Source: Camelus ferus
Taxonomy: Eukaryota
DNA: 64,000 nt
NCBI RefSeq assembly: GCF_009834535.1
Contig: NC_045696.1
Location: 28,026,001 to 28,090,000 of the forward strand
Direction of reading: 5' to 3'
Part shown: in pieces, positions 11,791 through 23,530 of the stretch
Position numbering within the stretch: position 1 is the stretch's first letter
Layout: each line of letters starts with the position of its first letter
The notes under the pieces: generated by a model
The model's input: the letters and a program-made list of their open reading frames with translations, nothing else
What the model was told of the DNA's origin: nothing
The model's database searches: none
Program-made: the position numbers and the translations under genes

Positions 11791-14700
11791 CCAGAGAGCT
11801 TTCCAAATTGATACGTCTGTATATACACATACAAAAACACACCCATGCATACATACACATGCACAAACACGCATAAACAGATGTGTATCATAAACTAGTC
11901 TGTTCCAAGTCCTATTTGTCTGTGTGTCTAGTCCAGTGTCAGTGTCATGCACTGTAGTTTTATGAAATGTTTCTGAGAGAGTAAGTTCCACTGAATATGA
12001 TCACCAAAAACATAAAGAGAACTCAGAGGTTACACACATTACATAATTTTAGGCAACATTCTTACATCCATGTCTGATAGCCTTTGGACTTTGGATGTCT
12101 AAAGATTTTGTGTCTCAAAGAGTTCATACCAATTTAACGTATTTGCCCCATTCATGAGAGAAGTAGCACAGTAACCAAGAGTGTCCGATTCATTTTCCCA
12201 GCAATTCTCTTACTTTGAAGATTTAAGGCAAATGAAAACATGCTTCACTAACACATTGCAAGGAGGTTTAGAAAGAATAATATTTCATTTGATAGTGCTA
12301 AAAAATACTGAGAGATTTTGTCTACATGAGAAAAGTAGGGCACATTATGGTTGATAGTGTCACAAACATGCGTGACCCAAATCAAGCTGTCAGCAGTGCT
12401 CCGACTTAAGTGGCTGCCCTCGTGCGTCTGAAATACTCACTGTTGGTCAGTTGCAAGCCCAAATGTGTATTACTAACCTTGGTTCATCAGTGACAGCAAG
12501 ACTATACGCTGTGCTAACAAATGTTTATCTGACAGCTTCTTCAAACTGCTAACGTTCCAAATGACTGTATCCCCCCTTCCCAGCCACTGGGTTAAAGTGT
12601 TTCATTGTTCTAGAAACCGTTGTCCCAGTGTTTAAAAAAAAAAAACTCTCATCTCTTAAATGTGTAAAACTTATTAATAATGTTTCATTTTTGAGTTGTA
12701 TGTAAATGCCATGTTAGGGTTTATTTTTTGTAATCTTTTTAATCAGAAACAAGGGAATTAGCCAGCTGTTTGGAACTCATGTTAGGATGTAATTAAACAT
12801 CTGATTGAATTTCTGTGCATATCAAATAGCAGAGGCTAGTGTCTGTATACAAGACAGACCATGCTCATTAGAATTTAAAAAAAGCCCTACCAGATGACAA
12901 TGGTGGAGTGGTAGCGAGAGTTTTCCTCCAATATTCTGTCAGTGATAGTGTTTCTCAAAAAAAAAAATCTCATATCTTAGCAGAGTTCAGAATAATATGT
13001 AAAACATGGCAGCCAAATAGTTTATCAACTGAAACATCTTTACAGCTGACTATCAATATATTTTCTATCATGCAACCTTTTCAAAGGAATATTGCACATA
13101 TTTCAAGTTTTACAAAACAGAAATATCGAGATATTTTGTTATGGAAACATTCCTCAGTGCCTCTTTTATTTTAGAATAGATAAATAGAAACATGCAAAAA
13201 AATTGAAAAGAACTTTAAGTTATCATTTATACTAGTTATTTAGGAAATATATGTGGTAAGTTGTCTTTTTAAAATTTACGAAGAATAGGCTGTCTCCAGA
13301 TTAATTATCAAATAATTTAATATATGTTTAGGTCTTTTACTAAAGAACCATGATGCAATATTCCTTGCATTTTAAAGCATATGTTTTTATAGATGAACAT
13401 GAAAAAATAAAAGTAAAATATGCATTTAATTTTTTATAGTACTAAGACTTTGTTTAATTGATATCATTCTTGGACAAGCCAGTGCTGTTTATTTAAACTA
13501 TTTGAAGTTTGGAAAAAAATAAAAATGCTACATCTTTCAGCTTTATATAAAGATTTGCATAGTACATCAAACTATTAATCTTTTTAGTATAATATCACAT
13601 ACAGGACAGTTTTTCATGGTTAAGAAGGAGGTAAAATCCTACATAACACATATGCCCAATCATGCAGTGAAATTTTATTTCCTGGACTTCTTTGGAGTAA
13701 AAAGTGTCTATTCATCATTACGTTTGATTTTACGACGTGGGCTTTTGCCCAAAGGAATTCTGCAAAGACGTGAAGATTAATTTTACATGTGGCATCAATG
13801 TGGACTTAAACCTAGGCTTTGAAACTTGTAATAATTCTTTCACTAATATGATTATTTTTCATAATTCCTTAGAGGTTACTGTAATTCTAGTACATGAGCC
13901 AACATTGTTTGATAAGTTGCAGTAATGACATATCTCAGGGCATTGAAATTTGACACATTTTACCAAAGAGTTTCAGCTACTCTTACAACAGATGATGAAT
14001 TTATAACACAATAATTCAAAAAGTTTCTTACACTTTTATTGTAAAACAAAATGGAAAAGACACTTCAGCAGTACTTGGCAATATTTTCATAAAATATGAT
14101 TTAGCTTATAAGTCCAGAATTTAGAGACTTATATATGCCATTGCCTATAAATTCAAGAAGTTGTCCAAATAATGCAATACAAGTTGATTTGATAAAATAT
14201 ACATTAAATGAAATTATTTTATTTCTACAAGTTACATTTAAACCATCCTCAAGGTGAAGATTTCACAGGGTCTTTGGTATCCTCATATCTCTCTGTGTAA
14301 TTGTATCCAATTCCTTAGTTTCAGTATCAGCTCTAGACCCAGTAAGTAGCATAAGTTCGCGTTAGCATGGCTTTTAGAATATCGCATAAGATCATTACTC
14401 CATTTCTTCCAGCTCTTCAGCAATAAGATCAGGTAAGTTTCTGGACCCAACTAGTTTGTCTTGGTCTTGGACCAGGCTGGCAGGGGAGGCTGAGGTCAAC
14501 AATGTGAATTTCACTCCTGACGGACTGCACTCTAGTGAATACTGTGGTCACGTTGCGTTTTAGATTCCAGCAACACTGATGCACTGCACCTGATCCAGGA
14601 TACCAGGGCCCCAGCACACATCCTGCCTACACATCCCATTCAGGAATATCATCTGCAACAATGTGCTGATGTGACTATTCCTTGCATGCACTTCTGCACC

Positions 14701-14989
14701 TTTTTTTAATCTGTAAATGCCTAATGAGGTATTCTTATCTGGCTCGTCACAGTCTGAGTCTACTACTTGACATGTGTCCCTGGAGTAACTGAGCACCCCC
14801 GAACATGGACGACACCCAAATCTAGTTTCCTGACGGCCCTGAGTGTGAGTAGGAGAGTATATGTGTGAATATGCACTTAATATTAAATTTTCAAAAAGTC
14901 TAGAGGACCATGTAATAAGCTCTCAGGCAACCATCCCCCAACATCAACAATTACCAATTCATACTCCCACCTACCACTCCATCTCCAAC

Positions 14990-15360
14990 CAAGAGACACT
15001 CATGCTCCAGTCACAACAATCCATTCTCTGATAAACACATGCATTTCAGCCTTTTCTTGTACTAATTTCTGTCTGCAGTGCACTTAATGTCCCAGATCTT
15101 TATTTCCAGCTCAGCAAACTCCTTCACTCTCTAGTTTCACTTTTATCTTCTCTGGTAAGTGTGTCCTGAAAACCAAATTTCTTCTTTAACATGTCCCCAC
15201 GGCACTTTGAAGTTCCCCATCAACTGTTAAGTCCCACTTTTCGTGGGCAACTCTGTACTCTTGTTAGGTAGTGCTTACTTAAGGCCATGGGAATTACCTT
15301 TTCAATGTCTTTACTCTCTGTATATAACTCTTAGGATTCAAAAGGGTTTGAATGAGTACT
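14990..15360 (+). mobile_element. L2 fragment
   Basis: catgctccagtcacaac...cagcaaactccttcactc...tctctggtaagtgtgtcctga, an L2-like pyrimidine-rich segment. Confidence 0.5.
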
Positions 15361-16939
15361 ATTCCAAATCCTTAATAATACAGTATTTATTACATTTTGC
15401 ATAATAATGTATATGAAATTTTCTACTGCATTTCTCTTTTAGATGTGATGGATAAAATATACTTTTATTTGAGAAAATTTCTGGTGAGCAATTTTTCATC
15501 TTAATGTCCTTTGTTAAAACGAAATTCTGAAACAGTGTCAACTTGGTTAAAAAAATACATAGGTAATCATACGCATATTTGTCTCACTTTAATTAAAAAG
15601 TTTACTTCAAAGCTGTACTAAGTCTAACCATTGTGTCAGCAATACCAGTCACAAACTTCGATGACTTTAATCCACGCACATTCACCCACATTTCACCACC
15701 TGGTTCATAGTGTTATTGAACTGCTCGTTGTAATTTAAGTGAAGTGACAGGTCAGTTCAAGCAACTGATCTGACCTACTTTCTGGCACTTGATTCCTGAT
15801 TGAAATTGCCCACAACAATGTTTCAACATGGTATGGACATGCCTCCCCTCTTCCCCAGTGGTGTCTCTGACACAGAGTAAGGAAGACATTCAGAGAGTTT
15901 TGGGGGGAGCATGTGTAAGAATCAGGGTATTGTGATTATTTCACAGTTTCAAAAGGGATACAGTATTCATTTGAGGAAGGTGAAATAGTTGAAGTCATAC
16001 ACATGCTTGAAAATATGCTTTCCTTCATAATGTATCTTATCAAACTTTGAAAAAAAAGATTAAAAACCCACAAGGTATTTTGCTAAAATCCATCCACTTT
16101 CGTCTCCTGAAAAGTTTAGCTGGGCTTTCTCTAGAAGAAATGTAGCTTTACATATGACTTCTGTAAATACCTATAAGATATACATGATACACTAATTTAA
16201 ATATGACCTCACAATACATATGAATTCTCTAATTAAAAATAACTTAGCCAAAGAATGATGACTTTCAGTGGTTGGTTTCCTAAATGACATTTTACTGTAA
16301 TAGAATTACTAAGCACATTAATCAGCCAGGTCAGCGACTCTGATTTTATAGGGTTTGCTCTTCAGTTAAATTAGATCATCCACTGGTGAGGAATAATATT
16401 TTTCCACAGCCATTGGGCTAAACCTGGAAATACAATAATCTTTCGTCTCTAAAGGACTGTCAGTGGCAATTAACAGGATTTATTATTAAAGTGTCTAAAA
16501 ATCACAGACTCTAATTTTCTGCTTCAGTGTATGAATCTGTACTATTATATTTGCTCACAAATTTACATAATTTAGAAGTTTAAGATAGTCCCAAACTTGA
16601 AAGTATTTATTTTCTCTCATAGCACGTGCGCGCACTGTCACAAATTTCTAATTCGCTTTCCCAGGTTATAAAACTGTGCCAAGAAAAGGTCTCACTGTAA
16701 CTTCCTGAATAAAACTACTCATCAGAAATGCATTAGAAAAACGCTGACATTTTTTTTAACTTAATGTTAGCTAATTAGGGTTAACAGAAATTCTTCCAAG
16801 CCTCACTCATATCAATACACAGTATACATTTAGGGGTTTGTAATGGGTCCACATTTTAGAAATAAATAACATTACTAGTAATAATGCATGATTTTGATTA
16901 TAAAATTAAAATGTCTGCTTCTCAGTTAAATGAAATGTC

Positions 16940-17090
16940 TCGTGTAATCCTCACAAAACCTCTATTATTTGCATATAATGGAAGAGGTAACTGAGAATTT
17001 AAAGCGTCTGAGTTCCCCATCACTCAGCTAGTAAACCGATGAGCTAAGATTCAGACAGTGATCTAATTTTATAGCTTCCTTCCTCCCCAC
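16940..17090 (-). mobile_element. MIR fragment
   Basis: gtaatcctcacaaaacctctattatt...gaggtaactgag...cactcagctagtaa...gagctaagattcagac. Confidence 0.7.
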
Positions 17091-19089
17091 GGCTTCACTG
17101 CTTTGCTTTTGAGTTGTCAGGAAGGTGCAGAGATGGCATTTTAGACAGTTTTACCTGCCAAATCATCAGCCTATATTTAAAAAAAAAATCAATATGCACT
17201 AACTAAAAAGATTTATTCAAATATAATGAACTTTCACAGGAATACATCACATTATAGAGTGTGATAATTCATAACTGTACCTGAGAATGATGTAAAAATC
17301 AAATTTAAAAGTCTTTGATATTTATTTGATTAAAATATCAACCTGTGTGTGTATTTATTTTACACAATGAACTGCATAATGTGTCTGACTTGCTTAGAAA
17401 GCATTTTTCATTGCACAGGCAGGTGGGAGAGAAGCTATTCATTACCTATCATCTTCCCAAGTAATTATAAACTAGAGAGCATGCTTGGAATCACTCTGGG
17501 GAGTATTTTTCTGGGGGAAAACCAGGTGTATGTATATGTAACAGCTAAGCAATCCTAAAGGATGAGATTCCCCAGATTTACTTTTTCAAGGGTTTAAGTT
17601 TAGTCTTCGGAACTGTCATTTCTCTTGTTCTGCGTAAAATATGGCATTAAACCAGGCATACTGTTCCTTTCAAGTTGATTTGTGTTCCCTGACACAGGGG
17701 TATCAAATTACCGTGGGGTACCCCCTTCCCTTGATTGCCTGAGAGAATAAAATGGGTGAAGAGAAAGCGCTTCACTGGCGAACCCAACTGAAAGAAACCG
17801 TGAAGCAAAATCATTGATTTGACCTGTTAAATGGATTATTCAAGCTGCATATAAAATTTTCTCATACTTTAAAGTTGTCACTAAATTGATTTATGATTAA
17901 TGCTGGGTGAATAGTTCAGAATAATAAATCTGGACTTAATCCATACAAAAGCATATATATATATTTTGTCCGCCAACAGAAGCAAGCCCTTTTTATTAGC
18001 TGTGTTCAGCTCTGACTCACGAAATCCTTCACTCAGCAACTCATGATTCAAAGAGAGAACTCATCTAGTTTTTATTCTATTTCTCTGGAGTCCCCATGAG
18101 GTTTCCTAAATGCATTTGTGGAAATAGACTCTAAGATTCAAGGTAGTCATGTGTATGTAAATGTAGTGGTGAATTTTAGTTTCCCCACCTATTCCTTCCA
18201 TATATTTGTTGTCTTTCTTTTAAGCTTGATGGAAGCAGGAATAAGCAAAAGTGTATAAATTAAAAGAAACAAATGATCCTATAATGCATAGGAATTTCAC
18301 ATTTTAAAGGGAGACCCTGTGGCACACACTGCATGGAAGAATATTTAACTTAGCACAATATAATATTCAGTCAGGTTTTCATAAGGCTGACCCACTTGAA
18401 GACTGAAGAATATAAGCAATATTAGTAATTCAAAAATGAATTAAAATTTGTTCACATTTAATATAAAACTTTTTTTTTATTTAGCCTAGTTCACAGCTAT
18501 TTGGAAGAAGCATCAAATTGCTCTTAGCATATTCTCTTTCAGAGCCCTTTATCTAAATGAGTCAGTTTTTTTTCTAGGAGGAATATTTTATATCTCATGT
18601 TGAGGTTTTAATCTATAACTTATTTTTCCTTTTTATGTTTTTAGTTGATTAGATTATCTTAGTCTTCATGAAATTTTAGTATTTACATTAACAATTTAAA
18701 TACTGTAATCTATAGTTACCGTTACTGAAATTTAGATTGTTTTTAACCTACCCATATAGATAAATTTATCTTCAAAATTATTTGAAACTAACCAATTAGA
18801 TAAAATGTTTAGTATAAAATATTCCACTTTTAAATGACATTGTAGATATTAATACAGGTGCAGAGATGGGCATATTCACAAAACCTTAGTACCTGTTGTG
18901 GGAAACTTCTGAAATACTATATATTACTTACGTTGGGTAGAAATTATAGGCTGTATATTTTTTAAATTTTTTGTATATATTTTTCCTTTCCAAGTTGCAA
19001 AAATAATAACCTAAAGGTATACATATATTGAATACTGCAAATTGCATTTTCTTGGTAAAAAAACTTGCATCTTACCATGTTAGGGTGCA

Positions 19090-19300
19090 GAATAAAGAGT
19101 AAGGCAAGAATTATGAACTAATTGCTTAGCCTTGGACTTCACATTGTTAATTAGGTGACCTTCAAATTTCTTTTTATCTCTAAAATGACATAATATCTGT
19201 CCAATTTACCTAATAGGATTTTTCTGAAACTCAAAGGAAATGGTATAATATACATCAATGCATTTTCTAATCTCTAAAATGCTATTTGGTGACGGTTTCT
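19090..19300 (+). mobile_element. MIR fragment
   Basis: ggtgaccttcaaatttctttttatctctaaaatgac...ttacctaataggatttttctgaaactcaaagg. Confidence 0.5.
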
Positions 19301-20593
19301 TAGAAACTAGTATTTAATATTTTCCTACCTTAGATAAATACCTTAAATAGAACCCCTCTAGAAATGGATAGAGAAAGCACGTGTTACTCAACAGCAGCAT
19401 GTGGGCAGAAACAAATTACACTGCCAAGTTCCATGAAAATTAACTAGTGGACAGTGAGCGGACTCACTGGAACCTCAGAGCATGCAAAGGTAACTAAGAC
19501 GAGTGATGGATGAGGAGAAGCATGAAATAAAGATCATCAAGTCCTGAAGATCATACACATACACTCTCCCAAGCTGTAATCTTCTCATCCACTGACACAG
19601 TCTACGTGAGAATGCCATTTTCCATTTCCTCACAAGCAGATGGGCTGCACAGAGCAGACAGTAAGAAGATGTCATCTACCCCTTCTTTGTTGTTACTTGT
19701 TTTTCTTCCAAGTCTTTATATTATGAAATTTTTGCCTGATTTCATGAATATACAGTACGTGGGATACACTAAATAAGTCATTTGTCTGGTTCTTGAATAC
19801 CCTAGTGATGCTCTAGTTTTGGGGAGATCGAGGGAGGAGAAAAAGAAGTAGAGGAAGATTCTGAATTATTGACACTGAGGAAGAGGTGATGATGGGAAAA
19901 TCATCTGAACATGTCCAGTTGGTAGTTAGAGATAAGGTTCTGGACTTGAAATGAGAGAACTGACTGGGCTTAATCTATTATCTAACACATAGTTCTACTT
20001 CACTACTGGACTTGCATTCAGTGATCAATTTTTTCACAGCACACATGGAACTTTAAAATAATTACATTTTCTTATTAGCAAGCAAAACAACACACACATA
20101 CCTAATAGCATATCTTGTTTTTACTGTTCTAAAGAATGGAACAATGGCTCTACTTTCTCACATTTCCATGGGATTCATTACTGAGGAACAGAACAATTCA
20201 ATCTACGTTATAAATGGCATGTCTGATTTAGGAAGACTTACAGAAAAATGCTAAATTTTCAAAAGTGTTCATTTCCCCTTCTGCAACTTGTATACCTTTC
20301 GGAATGTTTATTTGCAATGTGAATTAAGAACTAAGTAATGTTGGATTTAATTTAACAAACATGGAATGACAATTTATTAATGAAAAAGACTGAAACACTT
20401 TTCCAGCAAGTATCTGAACACTAGTCAGAGTAATAATAATAACAATCATAATAATAAGTGCTATTGAACTTTTAATGACAATCTAGAGAGTCAATCATAG
20501 ATTTGCTTGTGTCCCAGTCTATGCTCCCCATTTGGTTAGAACTATTAGAGTGTATGAAAGTTATTAAACCTGAAAATTACCCTGGAGAATCTA

Positions 20594-20769
20594 CTTTTTT
20601 ATTGAAGCATAGTTGACTTACAATGTTGTATAAGTTTCTGGTGTACAGCACAGTGATTCAGTTATACATGTATGTATATATATATATATATTTATATTAT
20701 TTTCTCTTATTGTTTATTACAAGATATTAAATATAGTTCCTTCTGCTATAAAGTAGGACCTTGTTGTTA
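20594..20769 (-). mobile_element. Short L1 3'-end insertion (cetartiodactyl-type) with an 11-bp TSD
   Basis: tttattgaagcatagttgacttacaatgttgt...acaagatattaaatatagttcc..tgctata..gtaggaccttgttgtt. TSD tggagaatcta at 20583-20593 and 20770-20780. Confidence 0.9.
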
Positions 20770-20838
20770 TGGAGAATCTATTCATTGCTTTCTTTGTTAC
20801 TTACAATGAAATACAAAGGGCTTTAACATGAAGGTCCT

Positions 20839-21164
20839 TGTCTTGTCTGCTCAGGCTACTCTATCAAAATACCACAGTGTGGGTGGCTTAGACAGCAGAG
20901 AAGCATTTCTCATGGTTTGGGAGGCTGGAAATCTGAGAACACTCTTCATGACTTGTGAATGTCAACATTCTCATCGTGTTCTTATGTGGACAGAGCATCT
21001 GGTTCTCCTTATAAGGCCACTAATCCCATCATGAGGGTCCCACCCTCATGATTTCATCTAAACTTGATTATGTCTGTCCCAAAGGCTTCATCTCCAAATA
21101 TCATCCCATTGGCAGTTAGGGCTTCAGCGTATGAATTTTCAGGGACATAATTCTGTCTATAGTG
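20839..21164 (-). mobile_element. MLT1A-like solo LTR inserted in L2
   Basis: tgtcttgtctgctcaggct...aaaataccacag..tgggtggctta...ccactaatcccatcatgaggg..ccaccctcatga...ttagggcttcagcgtatgaatttt. TSD-like gtcct/atcct. Confidence 0.85.
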
Positions 21165-21632
21165 ATCCTATAGGATTTGGACTCGAACTACATCATCATA
21201 CAATATTCTCATTTTTGCTTAGTTGATTCCAGCCCCTCTGGCCTTTTTTTTGGTTCCAGGAACACTTTCTGCCTTAGTACCCTTACATGTGTTTTCCTTT
21301 TGCCTAAAACTCTCCCTCCAGGCCTGTGCTTGCCTGATCCCTCCTCCTCTTCCGGTTCTCTACTGAAACAGCCTCCTCTGCCTTGTTGACTCCCAGTCTC
21401 CTCCAGCCACGTTGTCCTGCTTTGGTTTCTTTATCGATTTGGTTTATTTATCAATTTCTAGAACTGGCCAGCTTGTACATTGGCTTACCAATTTTTTTGT
21501 CTATTTCTCTTACAGAATGTAAATTTCATGACAGCAGCCTCCTCCACTGCCTTGTCCTCTGCCTTTTCCCCAATGCTTGGTACACAGTAATCACTTCATA
21601 AATGCTTACTGAATTAGTTAATAAATGAATAA
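21165..21632 (+). mobile_element. L2 3' end
   Basis: Ends with agaatgtaaatttcatgacagcagc...aatgcttggtacacagtaatcacttcataaatgcttactgaat...aataaatgaat. Confidence 0.75.
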
Positions 21633-23335
21633 TTTGCTTATGAACTAAAGCAACAACAACAACATCATTCTGGACCTTAGTGTTTTAAATTGGTTCCAGA
21701 CATAAAAGTGATTTCCCTTCCACATCCCCTCAAAAAAAGTAAGTAATGAAACAGCACTTTGTATGCCCTCGGCCACAGCAAGCTCAGTGTTTTTTTCAAA
21801 AAGTATTAAAAGAACAAAGTTACATTCAGTGTACCGGGGGAACTTGTTTACTGGGCAAAAGGAAATGCATTCTCTTACTGATAGATACTTTTAAACTAAG
21901 CATTTTCTTCTGAACGTGGAAAAGAATGAGAGAAGTGACATAAGATAACACATAAAGAAGAAGAGGCAGAATGCGGAGAGGTAACGAGGAACACCACTCT
22001 GTGCTGGGATGGTTAGGTGGGTCGGAGGGGGTGCAGGTTCCTCTACTGGAGTCCCTGCACCTCAACCCGGCCCCTCTCAGAAGACGTCACATAATACCGA
22101 GGGGAGATTGTGGTCTCCTGTGGGACAGCACTGGTTTCAGTCCCCGCTCAGCCACTTAGGGTGTCACTTAATGTCTTTCACCTGTGAGATGGAGTTTTTA
22201 TCTTGCGGGGCTACCTTAATGAGTGTTAATCCCAACACTTTGAAGCATTCAATAAGTGATTATTATCTTTAACAATATTTGGTCAATTATGAATTAAGAG
22301 CAGGGGTGAGGCAGACTCTACAAGATGACAGAACTTGAGATGGTAGGTTTTTTTTATTGTGATTATACAGCTGCTGCAGATATGAAACTGAGATTGTTTA
22401 CAATTATTTTCTTTACTTTCAGAAAAGATCTGAGTTCACTAAACCCAAGCAGAGTCTGGTAATAAGGCCTGCATAATGGTTTGCATAGATGACCTGGCAA
22501 AGTTAAGAGTTAAGCATATGATAGATCCATCCTAGGGTTATATACAGTAGAGGTACCCAGTTCTCCTACAGGAAGAAAAGGATAAGAGTCAGAAAGTTAA
22601 AAAAAAAAAAAAAAAGAGTTCGCATTTGTGATTAAAGTGAATATTTGCACCTGATTTGTAAAAGTCAAGATAGGCTAAATATTTAGAAAGTTTGCACTGT
22701 TTAATGATTAGGTGTCCTGCTGCTGCACAGGACACACTCCACTTTTCTCGGAAAGAGGAAGATGACTAAAATTCTTGCTGATAATGGGAATTTTTTTCTT
22801 TGAAAGCTAGTTCCAGGGCAATCATTACAGACCATGTCCACTCAGCATTATGTCCTCTCTATCGACAATGAATCACTGTAACAGGTTATTTAATGATGGC
22901 CTCCAGGCACTGTGAACAGGTGATGATCAGCATGCTCTATTTAGAACAATCATGTTTACAAATACTTATTAAGGGCAATTAAAATAGAAAAGTGCTGATT
23001 CTTGAAGCGAAATAACTAAACTAACTGTAATCTTAGTAAGATCTTATTATTCAGTGTCGAAAATACGGAATCATGTTGGATTAAAACCAAAGCTGTTTGG
23101 TTTAGCATTTAAGGGAAGAAACACAAGCAGTTAATTAGGGCAAATGCTTGTGTAGATTTCCAAGGCAGTGAACGATCCATGACAGCGGGACTTGAACTGG
23201 ATTTGGAGGAGTTTGCATAACATTTATAGAAACATGTGGAGGAAAATGAGAACTATGTTTACTACTGAGCATCCATCTAGGTCCTTGCAAGTGTTCTCAC
23301 TTTTAATTTCTTCTATTTCTGATGTAGTTAATTTT

Positions 23336-23530
23336 TTTGTGTGTATATATATATATATTATATTTTTATTGAAGTATAGTTGGTTTACAATGTGTCAATT
23401 TCTGGTGTACAGCATAATGTATCAGTCATACATGAACATACATATATTCATTTTCATCTTTTTTTCACCATAAGTTACTACAAGATATTGAATATAGTTC
23501 CCTGTGCTGTACAGTCTGAACTTCTTGTTT
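23336..23530 (-). mobile_element. Short L1 3'-end insertion (camelid-type) with a 16-bp TSD
   Basis: tttattgaagtatagttggtttacaatgtgtcaatttctggtgtacagc...ctacaagatattgaatatagttccctgtgctgtacag. TSD tgatgt(a/g)gttaatttt at 23320-23335 and 23531-23546. Confidence 0.9.

Noticed and set aside
14400..14438. Plus-strand ttcttccag...cag|gtaagt micro-exon-like pattern
   Set aside because: It is only about 20 nt, antisense to ROBO1, and has no supporting ORF or partner exons.
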